From assembly GCA_963675295.2 (NCBI GenBank), contig CAXXKJ010000002.1, forward strand, positions 928,001 to 992,000: a stretch of DNA of 64,000 nt, read 5' to 3'. Shown in pieces: positions 18,997 to 30,436 of the stretch (the first letter of the stretch is position 1; every line of letters begins with the position of its first letter). This DNA comes from a bacterium. GTDB taxonomy: Bacteria > Electryoneota > Electryoneia > Electryoneales > Electryoneaceae. The position numbers and the translations under genes were made by a program. A model generated the notes under the pieces. The model saw only the letters and a list, made by a program, of their open reading frames with translations, made no database searches and was not told where the DNA came from.

Positions 18997-20130
18997 ATGC
19001 ACGTATTCTGGGTGACAGGTGAGAGTTCAGGCGACCGTCACGCGGCGCACCTGATCCGTGAGCTGAAACGGCTGCGGCCGGAGTGGACGCACGGCGGGAT
19101 GGGTGGCGAGGCGATGCGTCGTGAGGGCGTGACCCTCACCGCCGACCTCAAGGAAGCGGCGTTGATGGGCCTGACCGAGGTCATCCGTCACCTGCCACGC
19201 CTGTTCCGGTTGCGCAACCGGCTGATCGACGCGATTGTCGACAGCGGCGCGCAGTTGGTCGTGCTGGTCGATTTTCCCGACTTCAACATGGGTGTCGCCC
19301 GCAGCCTGCGTGTCCGGCTCGGACGTCAGATCCCGATCCTGTACTATGTCAGCCCCCAGGTGTGGGCATGGCGCCGTGGACGCATCAAGACCATCGCGAA
19401 GTTGGTGGACGCGATGGCGGTGTTGTTCCCGTTTGAGGTGGATGTCTACCGTCCGCACGGGCTTGAGACGGTATTCTTCGGCCATCCGCTGGTCGGTGAA
19501 GTGAAGCCGTCCGCGCCGCTGCCGGAGTTGCGGAAACAGTTCGGCCTGCTGGGCGATGAACAGGCGGTGGCGATACTGCCGGGCAGCCGCGAGCAGGAGG
19601 TCCGGCGTCACCTGCCGGTGCAGCTGGCTGCGGTGAAACGGTTGCGCAGCCGGTTGACCGAACCGGTCAAGGTACTGCTCGCGCAGGCGAACACCGTCGA
19701 CCGGCAGCTGCTGGAACAGTTGGCGGCGGGCATTCCGGACGTGACCATTGTCGACAACGCGCGCGATGCGCTCGCTGCGTCCCGGGTCGGCCTGGTCAAG
19801 TCGGGCACGTCCACGATCGAGGCGCTGCTGATCGGCACGCCGTACGTGGTGATGTACATCGTCAGTCCGTTGACCTATCGCATCGCGAAACTGCTGATTC
19901 GCGGTGTGAAGTATATCGCGATGGTGAATGTGCTGGCGAACCGTGAGATTGTGCCGGAACACATCCAGGATGACGCCAACCCGCGCCGGCTGGCGCAGGA
20001 TCTCGAACGCCTCTGGGACAGCGAGGACCGTGACAAGATGACGCAGCGGCTGAAGGACTTGTCCTCATCCCTTGGCGAACCTGGCAGCACCGAGCGGCTG
20101 GCCGAGTGGATGGTGGAACGGTTCGGGTAG
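18997..20130 (+). CDS. lpxB: Lipid-A-disaccharide synthase
   Basis: GESSGD, VDFPDFN, YYVSPQVWAWRRGR, GHPL, LPGSR..E, KSGT.T.E; start ATG 18997. Confidence 0.95.
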   Translation: MHVFWVTGESSGDRHAAHLIRELKRLRPEWTHGGMGGEAMRREGVTLTADLKEAALMGLTEVIRHLPRLFRLRNRLIDAIVDSGAQLVVLVDFPDFNMGVARSLRVRLGRQIPILYYVSPQVWAWRRGRIKTIAKLVDAMAVLFPFEVDVYRPHGLETVFFGHPLVGEVKPSAPLPELRKQFGLLGDEQAVAILPGSREQEVRRHLPVQLAAVKRLRSRLTEPVKVLLAQANTVDRQLLEQLAAGIPDVTIVDNARDALAASRVGLVKSGTSTIEALLIGTPYVVMYIVSPLTYRIAKLLIRGVKYIAMVNVLANREIVPEHIQDDANPRRLAQDLERLWDSEDRDKMTQRLKDLSSSLGEPGSTERLAEWMVERFG

Positions 20131-20292
20131 TGCGCAGCGGCTAAAACTTCCGCATCGGCCCCACCACTTCGAGAATTCCGGCTCATGTCTTCCTGAGATT
20201 ATTCGTTTGGTTCTCCCAACAAGCTGCCAATCCGTTCCATGTGCCCTATCTTTGCGATTGCTTTCCAGCACGTTAGCCAAGAGGGGGTTTTT

Positions 20293-22068
20293 ATGACACG
20301 CGTATTCACTGTGGTTCTGATTCTTCTCGCCATTGCTTCCACCGTGCCAGCCCAACCGCCAGATGTCCTTTGGACGACCATGGTTGACGATCCGGATGGA
20401 TCGCAGCAATTCGAGTCCGTGGTCCATGCGTCCGACGGGTCGATATTCGCATGGGGCCGTGACTATGTCGGGACCATCGATCCCGGCTACCTGTTCAAGT
20501 TTAACGGGGACGGCGAACTGCAGTGGTCGAGAACGTACGACGCGTTACCGCTGGTGCTGGAAGGTGGGACGATCATATCAGATGGCGCGGACGGTGTGTA
20601 TGTCTGCGGGGAAGCGTGGGGGCCGGACATCAAGCTGGCCCATCTGGATGCCAACGGTGACGCCATCTGGACAAGCCTGGACCCGAACTATGAACTGAGC
20701 GCCGATGTGGAAACGATGCTGCAGCTGGCGGACGGGGGCTTTGTAGTCGCCTGCGCGACCGACTCATCCTATTCCGGCCCGGATGGGGTGTCGTTGTCTT
20801 TCTTTGCTCCGGACGGCAACTATCAGCAGACGACCATGTATGATTTCGAAACCTCGTATCTGGATGTGAATTCGATCATCCAGTTACAGGATGAGACGCT
20901 GGTCGTCGGCGGCAGGAACGGGCATGATGACGAAGCGTTCGTGATGCGAGTGGAACCCGATGGCACCCTGCTCTGGCTAAATACCTGGTACTCCTGGCAA
21001 ACCGTCGAGATCAATGACCTCGTCGCGTTACCGGACGGCAACTTTGCCTTCTGCGGCCATTACGACGACAGCTGGGTTGGGGTGATGACGCCGGACGGCG
21101 AGATGGTGTGGGAACAACTCGGGACGCTGAGCGGGACCGCAGTGACGGTATCTCCCGCTGGCGGATTGATTTTCACGCTTGCGTCAACTGTCAAACACAC
21201 AGATGTGCATGGAAACCTGTTGTGGCAGGAATCAGTTGGCGGAATGCCGTATGATTCAAGATTCTACAGCGTTTGTGTGACGGAAGAGGCCGGGATCATC
21301 GTCGCCGGGGGATGTGGACTGGACGATCTGCTGATCGTGTCCCGGTTCGAGGATGAGACAATTCCGCAAATCAGCCTCACCCTGTATCCACAGAGCAGTA
21401 CAGTGATTCCGGCGTCCGGCGGAACGCTGGCATTTGCTGCGCAGGTGGAGTTGAATTACCCGGATCCAGTCGTTTGCCATGGTTGGACGCGGGTTCGGTT
21501 GCCGAACGGTGAGTCCATCGGTCCGCTGTTTCACAGCCCACTGAATCTGCATCCGGGCGAATCCTGGTTTGCCGGGGGAGCGTTGACTGTCCCCGCCTAC
21601 GCGCCTGAGGGGGCGTACGAGCTGGTTGGGATCCTCGGTTTCTATCCGAACCATCCGTTGATCGTTGATGAGCTGCCGTTCACGAAGGAGGCAGGCTGGG
21701 ATGTCACCCGACCGGTAGGACCGGATGATTTCTCCGGGTCCTTCCCCAACCGTGAACAGCCGCTGGGCAATCCAGGTTACGACGACCTGGCTGCCCTGCC
21801 CGACATACCTGTGCTGGGCGAGCTGTACCCGAACCCGACGAACGGGCGGTCGTCGCTGACGATCACGTTGCCGGAAGCAGGCATGTTGCGGGCGGAACTG
21901 TATGATGTCACCGGACGATTCGTGGCGACCGTGTTCGACGGGACGGTCTCCGCCGGAAACCAGATGATCGCGGTTGAGACCGATGGGCTCGCGTCGGGTA
22001 CGTACCTGTTGCGGGTCAGCGTACCGGGCCAGCTTGATCAGACACGGCGGCTGGTGTTGTTGAAGTAG
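20293..22068 (+). CDS. Secreted beta-propeller-like protein with T9SS type-A-like C-terminal domain
   Basis: Signal peptide; repeated ..dG...W motifs; IPASGG Ig-like domain; YPNPTN...LASGTYLLRV...RLVLLK. Confidence 0.8.
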   Translation: MTRVFTVVLILLAIASTVPAQPPDVLWTTMVDDPDGSQQFESVVHASDGSIFAWGRDYVGTIDPGYLFKFNGDGELQWSRTYDALPLVLEGGTIISDGADGVYVCGEAWGPDIKLAHLDANGDAIWTSLDPNYELSADVETMLQLADGGFVVACATDSSYSGPDGVSLSFFAPDGNYQQTTMYDFETSYLDVNSIIQLQDETLVVGGRNGHDDEAFVMRVEPDGTLLWLNTWYSWQTVEINDLVALPDGNFAFCGHYDDSWVGVMTPDGEMVWEQLGTLSGTAVTVSPAGGLIFTLASTVKHTDVHGNLLWQESVGGMPYDSRFYSVCVTEEAGIIVAGGCGLDDLLIVSRFEDETIPQISLTLYPQSSTVIPASGGTLAFAAQVELNYPDPVVCHGWTRVRLPNGESIGPLFHSPLNLHPGESWFAGGALTVPAYAPEGAYELVGILGFYPNHPLIVDELPFTKEAGWDVTRPVGPDDFSGSFPNREQPLGNPGYDDLAALPDIPVLGELYPNPTNGRSSLTITLPEAGMLRAELYDVTGRFVATVFDGTVSAGNQMIAVETDGLASGTYLLRVSVPGQLDQTRRLVLLK

Positions 22069-22216
22069 GGAGTGAAGTTCGTTGAGGAAGCGGACGTGTT
22101 GAACGCAAAATCCACCGCCTCGGGCAATGTGTCCGGGGTGGTTTGTTCTCAGTAAACCGTTCCAGTAACTCATTTTGCGGTACCGCCGGGCTGTTCACGC
22201 GGTTACATTGCACAGC

Positions 22217-24508
22217 ATGAACAAAGCGGCGCCACCGAACCACAGTGACACCTCCTTTGCCCGCGATCTCGGGTTGTTCGATGCCACGATGATCGGCATC
22301 GGCGCGATGATTGGCGCGGGCATCTTTGTTCTCACCGGCCTCGCGTCAGGCGAAGCGGGTCCGGCGGCGATTGTCGCGTTCGCGTTGAACGGTGTCGTCA
22401 CCCTCCTGACGGCGTTTGTCTACGCCGAGCTCGCCTCGACCATTCCACGTGCCGGTGGCGGGTATTCGTTTGTGCGGATGGCGTTTCCCGGCGGAGCAGG
22501 GTTTGTCGCCGGGTGGATGCTGTGGTTTGCGTACACCGTCGCCTGCTCGCTGTATGCCCTCGGATTTGCGGGGTACTTCTGGGAATTCTTCCACCGTTAC
22601 ACGCCCGGTGTCACCGAATTCATCTACAACCTGATCAGCCACCATGGCGCGGTCGCATTGATCACGGTCGGCGTCGGCGTGATGTTCATCGCGTTGAACG
22701 CCCGCGGCGCGGAGGTCACCGGCAAGACGGAAAACGCGCTGACATTATCCAAGATCGCCGTGCTCGGCATCTTCATCTTCTTCGGCATCAAGCGGATCAT
22801 GGCGGAGCCGTCGCTGGCGGCGGAGAGCTTCACGCCGTTCCTGCCGAACGGGTTGGGTGGGGTGCTGGTGGCGATGGGGCTGACGTTCATCGCGTTCGAG
22901 GGCTACGACCTGATCGCGACGGTTGCCGAGGAGATCAAGCAACCGGAGAAAAACATCCCGCGCGCGACCTTCATCTCGCTCGGGGTGACGGTGGTGATCT
23001 ACCTGCTGATCCTCTGGGTGTCGATTGGCGCGGTGCGGCCGGAGGGGATGAAATCCTGGGAGTTTCTCGGGGCATATGGTGAGACGGCGATTGTCCGCGC
23101 GGCAGAGGATTTCATGCCGGCATTCGGGGTGATGGTGATCGTCTTCGGCGGGTTGCTGTCGACGATGTCGGCGTTGAACGCGACAGTGATGGCGGCGAGC
23201 CGGGTGGCGTTCTCGATGAGCCGCGACCGGTGGCTGCCGAAGCGGATGTCGGCGATTCATCCACGCCGCCGCACTCCACAGATCGCGATTGTGGTTACGG
23301 GTGTGATTCTGCTGGTCAGCGCGCTGGCGTTGCCGATTGAAACGGTCGGTTCGGCGGCGAGTCTGATGTTCCTGCTTACGTTCGCGATGGTCAACCTGTC
23401 GCTGATCGCGTTACGGCGGAAGTATCCTGAGTTGCCAAGACGCTATAAGGTACCGTTGTATCCGATTGTGCCGATCCTCGGCTTCCTGCTCAACATCTTC
23501 CTCGCGTTGTACCAGTTTTCGTTCCAACCGGTGGCGTGGTATGTCACGATTGGCTGGGTGGCGGTCGGCTTGTTCCTGTACTACGCCGTGTTCGAGAAGT
23601 CCGGCGCGGAGCTGAAGCCGCAGGTGTTGCGTCCGCAAAAGGGTCTGCTGGAGGAGAGGCCGGAAGAGCCGTGCGTGCTGGTGGCGTTGTACAACCCGGA
23701 CAACGTGGACACGTTGCTGAACATCGCGATCCCGTTGGCGAAGCAGCGCGGGCATCGGGTGGTGGCGGCGACGGTTGTCGAACTGCCCCGTCAGATGCCG
23801 ATCCACGAAGGGTTGCGGGTGGCGCATCACAAGGAAGCGACGCTCAATGCCGCGAAACGGTACGCCCGGCAGTTTGGCGTAACGCCGGAAACCGACCTCG
23901 TCATCGCGCATCAGGCAGCGGACGGCATCCTCACCGCCGCCGAACATCACAACGCGGACGCGCTGGTGATGGGCTGGAAGGGATTTACGAACGCGCGCGA
24001 CCGTATCTTTGGTGAGGTGGCTGACCGTGTCATCCGGCACGCGCCGTGCGACCTGTTCATGCTCAAGATCGGTGATGAACGCCGGTTCAAGACCTGCCTG
24101 CTACCGACGGCGGGTGGTCCGAACGCGAAGCTGGCAGCGGGAGTGATCCGTGCGCTGGGTGAACGGGAGCAGATGACGGTGACCGCGGCGACGGTGATCG
24201 CTCCGGACGCGACGGACGAGCAGCGCCGTGACGCGGAACGGTACATGGACGCGACGATGGCCAAGGCGGACCCGTCGCTGGCGCAGGAACGACGGCTGAT
24301 TGAGGCGACGTCGATTGCCGGTGGGATCGCGAAGGCGAGCCGGGACTACGATCTGGTGGTGATCGGCGCGGCGGCGGAGCCGTTGTTCCGCACGATGCTG
24401 TTTGGCGAAATCCCGGAGAAGGTGGCGCGCTATTCGCCGACGTCGGTGCTGGTGGTGAAGAAGTACGAAGGCGTGATGAAAAGTGTGCTCAAGCGTGTGA
24501 TGGGCTAG
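22217..24508 (+). CDS. APC-family amino acid permease fused to two universal-stress (USP) domains
   Basis: GAMIGAGIF, YAELAS..P..GG.Y, FIAFEGY, EEIK.PEKNIP; C-terminal LVMGW...FGEVADRV...APCD and LVVIGA...FGEIPEKV. Confidence 0.9.
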   Translation: MNKAAPPNHSDTSFARDLGLFDATMIGIGAMIGAGIFVLTGLASGEAGPAAIVAFALNGVVTLLTAFVYAELASTIPRAGGGYSFVRMAFPGGAGFVAGWMLWFAYTVACSLYALGFAGYFWEFFHRYTPGVTEFIYNLISHHGAVALITVGVGVMFIALNARGAEVTGKTENALTLSKIAVLGIFIFFGIKRIMAEPSLAAESFTPFLPNGLGGVLVAMGLTFIAFEGYDLIATVAEEIKQPEKNIPRATFISLGVTVVIYLLILWVSIGAVRPEGMKSWEFLGAYGETAIVRAAEDFMPAFGVMVIVFGGLLSTMSALNATVMAASRVAFSMSRDRWLPKRMSAIHPRRRTPQIAIVVTGVILLVSALALPIETVGSAASLMFLLTFAMVNLSLIALRRKYPELPRRYKVPLYPIVPILGFLLNIFLALYQFSFQPVAWYVTIGWVAVGLFLYYAVFEKSGAELKPQVLRPQKGLLEERPEEPCVLVALYNPDNVDTLLNIAIPLAKQRGHRVVAATVVELPRQMPIHEGLRVAHHKEATLNAAKRYARQFGVTPETDLVIAHQAADGILTAAEHHNADALVMGWKGFTNARDRIFGEVADRVIRHAPCDLFMLKIGDERRFKTCLLPTAGGPNAKLAAGVIRALGEREQMTVTAATVIAPDATDEQRRDAERYMDATMAKADPSLAQERRLIEATSIAGGIAKASRDYDLVVIGAAAEPLFRTMLFGEIPEKVARYSPTSVLVVKKYEGVMKSVLKRVMG

Positions 24509-25171
24509 ATGAACGAGCGGCTGCAATACATACTCGCGGATTATGTCGCGCCGTCGCTGGTGCGCGGGCTGGCGTCCACATTGCGGATGCAGATCGTGGA
24601 CGGTCACAACCTCGAAGCCGCGAAGGATGCGAAGGGCCATTACCTCATCGCTTGCCTGCACGGGCGGATGTTCCTCCCGGTCTGGCAACACCGGAGGGAC
24701 GGGGTGACGACGCTGGTTTCGCGCAGCCGGGACGGTGAACTGGTCGCTCGCCTGGTTCACAAGTTGGGGCACAACACGGTACGTGGGTCGAGCCACCGTG
24801 GCGCGCGGGAAGGGTTGCGCGAAATGGTCGAAGCGGGCAAGCACAGCATCCTCGGGATGATGGTGGACGGTCCGCGCGGCCCACGTGAAGACCCGAAGAT
24901 GGGCACCATCGCGATCGCACGGATGACCGGGCTGACGATCCTGCCGATGACCGCGTCGGCCGTACCGAACTGGACGTTTGGTTCATGGGACAAGTTCCAG
25001 CTGCCGAAACCGTTCGCGAAGGCGTACGTTTTGTATGGCGAGCCGCTCAAGGTGCCGAAGACCGCGAAGGGCGCGGAGGCGATGGAGGAGCTGCGGCTTG
25101 AGCTGAGACGTCGGCTGGTGGCGTTACGTGAACGCGCTGATCGTATCGCGTCGGGGGGCGAACGTGTATGA
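24509..25171 (+). CDS. DUF374 lysophospholipid acyltransferase family protein
   Basis: LHGR, S.SRDGE, VRGSS.RG, DGPRGP, SWDKF.LPKPF. Confidence 0.85.
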   Translation: MNERLQYILADYVAPSLVRGLASTLRMQIVDGHNLEAAKDAKGHYLIACLHGRMFLPVWQHRRDGVTTLVSRSRDGELVARLVHKLGHNTVRGSSHRGAREGLREMVEAGKHSILGMMVDGPRGPREDPKMGTIAIARMTGLTILPMTASAVPNWTFGSWDKFQLPKPFAKAYVLYGEPLKVPKTAKGAEAMEELRLELRRRLVALRERADRIASGGERV

Positions 25172-25910
25172 TCATCAACGAATCGGGAAGCCGCTGAATC
25201 TCGTTATGCTGACGGCTGTTGTGCCGTTGTTGCTGAGTGGTTGCGGTGATGGGGGCGGAGGGGTTCCGTCCGGCCCGAATGAACATCCGCCGGGGGATGC
25301 TTCGGCAACCTGCCAGGTGTATCTCTCGCAGCAGATTAATTTGCGTGGCGACGATGAATACAATGCCGTCAGCGTTTCGACCTGGATGTGGAAATCGTGG
25401 GAGGAGACCAGCTACCGTCCGCCGCTGCCGCCGGTGGAGCTGAACGGCGTGTTGCAGGACGTTGATCCTGGTGCGGATGGGTATGGGATTCCATGGGATC
25501 AGGGCTTGCTCAGTCCGCAGGATACGGTGACCATTGACCTGCATTTCTGTGATGGATTCACGTTTCACTCGTTTTATAATGGCGTGCGCCCCTTCATGAT
25601 CCCATCATTGAATGTTGACACGGTGTACACGGGTGATCCGCTCATAGTGGATGTGTATTCATTGGGTGATTTTGACGAGATCACGTTGTCCTACATTCCG
25701 GGTGAGACGGAGGATGATCTCGTGATCAAGACACCGACGCGGCACGTATATCCGGTACCTGAACTTGGGTCTGAACCGCGCACGTTGCTGATAAGCGGGA
25801 TTCATACGTTCATCGACCGGACCGTTGAGATGTACGGTGATACGTTGTACTACGACTATCACCGTCTCCGTCATGACCGGCGGACGACGCTGGTCCGTTC
25901 AGCCGAATAG
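25164..25910 (+). CDS. Hypothetical lipoprotein
   Basis: GTG start after GGGGGG; lipobox LLLSGC; fills the gap between DUF374 and lpxK. Confidence 0.7.
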   Translation: MYDHQRIGKPLNLVMLTAVVPLLLSGCGDGGGGVPSGPNEHPPGDASATCQVYLSQQINLRGDDEYNAVSVSTWMWKSWEETSYRPPLPPVELNGVLQDVDPGADGYGIPWDQGLLSPQDTVTIDLHFCDGFTFHSFYNGVRPFMIPSLNVDTVYTGDPLIVDVYSLGDFDEITLSYIPGETEDDLVIKTPTRHVYPVPELGSEPRTLLISGIHTFIDRTVEMYGDTLYYDYHRLRHDRRTTLVRSAE

Positions 25911-27098
25911 GTGCCCATGGAAGACGCTCCTCACGCTTCACCACCGATCAATCCCTGGTCGTTGCTCGCGCCGCTGTCGTTGGGTTTCGCGGCAGGATCA
26001 GCGGTTCGGAATGCGATGTTCGACACCGGTCTGCGCAAGACCAACCGTACCCACGCGAAAGTGATCTCTGTCGGCGGATTGATGGCCGGCGGCAGTGGCA
26101 AGACGCCGGTGACGCTCGACATCGTGCGCTGGCTGGTGTACAAGCTGATTCCGCTCGATGAGTGGAAGGAGGGCGAGTACCCGGTGGTGATGGTCAGCCG
26201 GGGGTACAGGCGCAAAAGCAGTGGCGTGCGGGTTGTCTGTGATGGTACTCGGGTGGTGACCAGCGCGGACAAGGGCGGGGACGAGCCGGTGATGATGGCG
26301 AACGCACTGCTTCATGATCATCGTCGCAAGGTGTTCGGAGTGACACGTGGTGTGCCGGTGATTGTCGCCGAAGATCGTGTCGCCGGTGTGGAGGAGGCGG
26401 AGCGACGCTTTGGCGCGAAGGTGGTGGTGCTGGACGATGCGTTCAGCCACCGGTTAATCGCCCGCGACCTCGACATATTGATCATCAATGAGGATTTGCC
26501 GGACTGGTGGTGGCGTCCGTTGCCGGCGGGACGGATGCGGGAGAGTTTCAACTCGATCCGGCGCGCCGATTTCATTGTTTACAGCGGACGGAAGCGCAAT
26601 CCGGTGTTGCGTCACAGGATCGGCGAGCTGCTGGGTGATCATGACCGGTCGGCGACGGTGTACGTGGAAACGGATAACTGCACAGTCCACGGCGGTCCGA
26701 AAGCCGGGCAGAAGGCGTCCCTGCTTGGCAAGCGTGTGGTGCTGGCGACGGGGATCGCGCGTCCGAAACGGTTTTTCACGTCGATCCACAACAAGTCGGT
26801 GTCGGTGATTGACACGTTTGCCTTTCCCGATCACGCTCCGTGGACATTGGCGCAGCGGGAACGTGTGCAGCGACGCGCGCGCCAGCTGGGTGCGGACGCG
26901 ATTGTGATCACGGCGAAGGACGCGGTGAAGTGGCCGGACGAGGAGTTCGTTCCGCCGGTGCTGGTGACGGATGTGCTGTTGCGCTGGTCACCGGAGCGTC
27001 CCCATCAGGAGCATGCATCTCTGGAACCACCCCCTCCTGCGGCGAATCCGGAGCTGCTGGAACTGGTGCGCCAGGTGTGGGAGTCTGCGGGAAAGTGA
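25911..27098 (+). CDS. lpxK: Tetraacyldisaccharide 4'-kinase
   Basis: VISVG....GGSGKTP, SRGY, GDEP, LDDAF.H...RDLDI, LPAGRMRE, GIARP..F, FPDH, TAKDAVK. Confidence 0.92.
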   Translation: MPMEDAPHASPPINPWSLLAPLSLGFAAGSAVRNAMFDTGLRKTNRTHAKVISVGGLMAGGSGKTPVTLDIVRWLVYKLIPLDEWKEGEYPVVMVSRGYRRKSSGVRVVCDGTRVVTSADKGGDEPVMMANALLHDHRRKVFGVTRGVPVIVAEDRVAGVEEAERRFGAKVVVLDDAFSHRLIARDLDILIINEDLPDWWWRPLPAGRMRESFNSIRRADFIVYSGRKRNPVLRHRIGELLGDHDRSATVYVETDNCTVHGGPKAGQKASLLGKRVVLATGIARPKRFFTSIHNKSVSVIDTFAFPDHAPWTLAQRERVQRRARQLGADAIVITAKDAVKWPDEEFVPPVLVTDVLLRWSPERPHQEHASLEPPPPAANPELLELVRQVWESAGK

Positions 27099-27248
27099 GC
27101 TTGCACGTGTGGAGCTCTCGCGCTACCTTTCTTAACTAATCCGGCGCAACCCGTGGCGTGGAGGAGGGGGACGCAGTCGTTGAGCTGATTGTATGAGTTG
27201 AGCTCGTGTCCATTGCCTTCTGTCCGGGCCCTACGTGGCAGAGTACTT

Positions 27249-27321
27249 GGGCCCATAGCTCAGCGGTTAGAGCCGCCGACTCATAATCGGTTGGTCCCAG
27301 GTTCAAATCCTGGTGGGCCCA
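27249..27321 (+). tRNA. tRNA-Ile2 (CAT anticodon, lysidine-modified); CCA not encoded
   Basis: GGGCCCA/TGGGCCC acceptor stem, TAGCTCAGCGGTTAGAGC D-arm, CCGAC-TCATAA-TCGG anticodon arm, GTTCAAATCC T-loop; resembles ileX-type rather than tRNA-Met. Confidence 0.9.
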
Positions 27322-27507
27322 CAGGCCGCCGGAACTTTGGTTTGCTTTGGTCGTAAATGATGCGTGTTGGAGAGAGACAGCAGCATTTCGCCATCGCCAG
27401 AAACATGCGAGGCAACATCTTGCATCGAGTGAGTGTTCAGCAAAAACTGGGAGCGTTTTGGGGAGCGATGGTTTCGCGCCCCGACTGCCTCATAGATCGA
27501 TAGACTC

Positions 27508-27545
27508 AACGTGCTCAGGTCCAGTAGACCGGGCACGTTTTTTTT
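27508..27545 (+). terminator. Rho-independent terminator downstream of the tRNA
   Basis: AACGTGCTC...GGGCACGTT followed by a T-run. Confidence 0.75.
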
Positions 27546-27593
27546 GTTCATTTGTGACGTGCAACCGTCACAGTACATAAGGGGTTCGCAGTC

Positions 27594-28346
27594 ATGCCAG
27601 GCGTTGATGTAGCCAAAGAGCTTCGCATGATCGCACGGCTTCAATCCGTGGATAACGAGCTGCAGGATCTGGAACTGGAGAAGGGCGACCTTCCGAAGCA
27701 GATCGAAGCGATCACGACAGAGATCGAGCGGCTCGAAACACGGAAGACGGAGCTGGACAATCAGCTGGCCGAAGTGGAGAAGATGAAGCGTGAGAACGAA
27801 GGCACGCTTCAGCTGCAGAAGGTCAAGCTCGAGAAGTACCAGGGTCAGTTGTACTCGGTGACGACCAACCGTGAATACGACGCGATCAACCAGGAGATTG
27901 AGGGCTGTCGTTCGCAGATCGAGTCGATCGAAACGGCGCAGACCAATCTCAACACGGAACAGGAGTCGATCACCGGGCAGATCGAGCCGATCAACATGAA
28001 GGTGCAGGCGCTTCAGGGTGACCTCGCGGAACGTGAGGAAGAGCTGAAGGGCAAGCGTGCCGACACGGAATCGGAAGAGCTCGAGCTTGAGCACGAACGC
28101 GAGAAGCTGGTTGTTCGGATCAAGAAAGTGATCATCGCTCACTACGAACGGATCCGCAAAGCCCGTGGCGGCACCGGCGCAGCCCGTCTCTATGGCGGTG
28201 CGTGCGGCGCGTGCTTCGCCGTTGTTCCCCCCCAGCGTCAGGCCGAGATTCGCAAACTCGATGATATTATCCTCTGCGAATCATGCGGCGTGTTGTTGCT
28301 GCCGGAAGAGGAGCACATGCCGGAGATGACCGAGGACGAGCTGTAA
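27594..28346 (+). CDS. C4-type zinc-ribbon coiled-coil protein (DUF164 / CT398-like)
   Basis: LQ.VD N-terminus, long coiled coil, NREY.A...EI, YERIR, CGAC...PPQ...CESCG. Confidence 0.9.
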   Translation: MPGVDVAKELRMIARLQSVDNELQDLELEKGDLPKQIEAITTEIERLETRKTELDNQLAEVEKMKRENEGTLQLQKVKLEKYQGQLYSVTTNREYDAINQEIEGCRSQIESIETAQTNLNTEQESITGQIEPINMKVQALQGDLAEREEELKGKRADTESEELELEHEREKLVVRIKKVIIAHYERIRKARGGTGAARLYGGACGACFAVVPPQRQAEIRKLDDIILCESCGVLLLPEEEHMPEMTEDEL

Positions 28347-28450
28347 TTACGAGTTTCGGTTGAACCGGAGGCGGACTGTTGGGGAAAAGGCCGGGCTCTG
28401 CCCGGAGCACGGATCCCCGTGGATGACGCATCCGACTGCTGTACACGATC

Positions 28451-28483
28451 AGGGGACAGGTGATTTCACTTGTCCCCTTTTGT
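28451..28483 (+). terminator. Terminator hairpin
   Basis: AGGGGACAGGTGA-TT-TCACTTGTCCCCT followed by TTTGT. Confidence 0.7.
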
Positions 28484-28605
28484 ATTTAACATCCTGCCAA
28501 TCTGAGTTACCGACTCGAGTCAGGCTGATTCCTCCCACACGTTCCCCTTGCCTTTCATCAAATGGAGCGTTTCCTTAACCGTGTTTATCCAACACGGGAA
28601 AGCGC

Positions 28606-30351
<1,746 letters not shown>

Positions 30352-30391
30352 TCAGGATCTGTTGCGCAGCACATCTCGGTGAAGAAATCAG

Positions 30392-30419
30392 CAGCCGCGT
30401 TTCAATTCGCGGCTGTTTT
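30392..30419 (+). terminator. Terminator after glnS
   Basis: CAGCCGCG/CGCGGCTG stem followed by TTTT. Confidence 0.65.
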
Positions 30420-30436
30420 CGTTTACATTTGAAGCC

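Noticed and set aside
27322-27593. Riboswitch or prophage att site after the tRNA
   Set aside because: No recognisable aptamer consensus, no duplicated tRNA 3' end and no integrase. Only a terminator and a TGTGACG-N6-CGTCACA inverted repeat are visible.
28347-28600. RNase P RNA, 6S RNA or T-box upstream of glnS
   Set aside because: No GAGGAAAGTCC or TGGNACCGCG signature, and too short for RNase P RNA.
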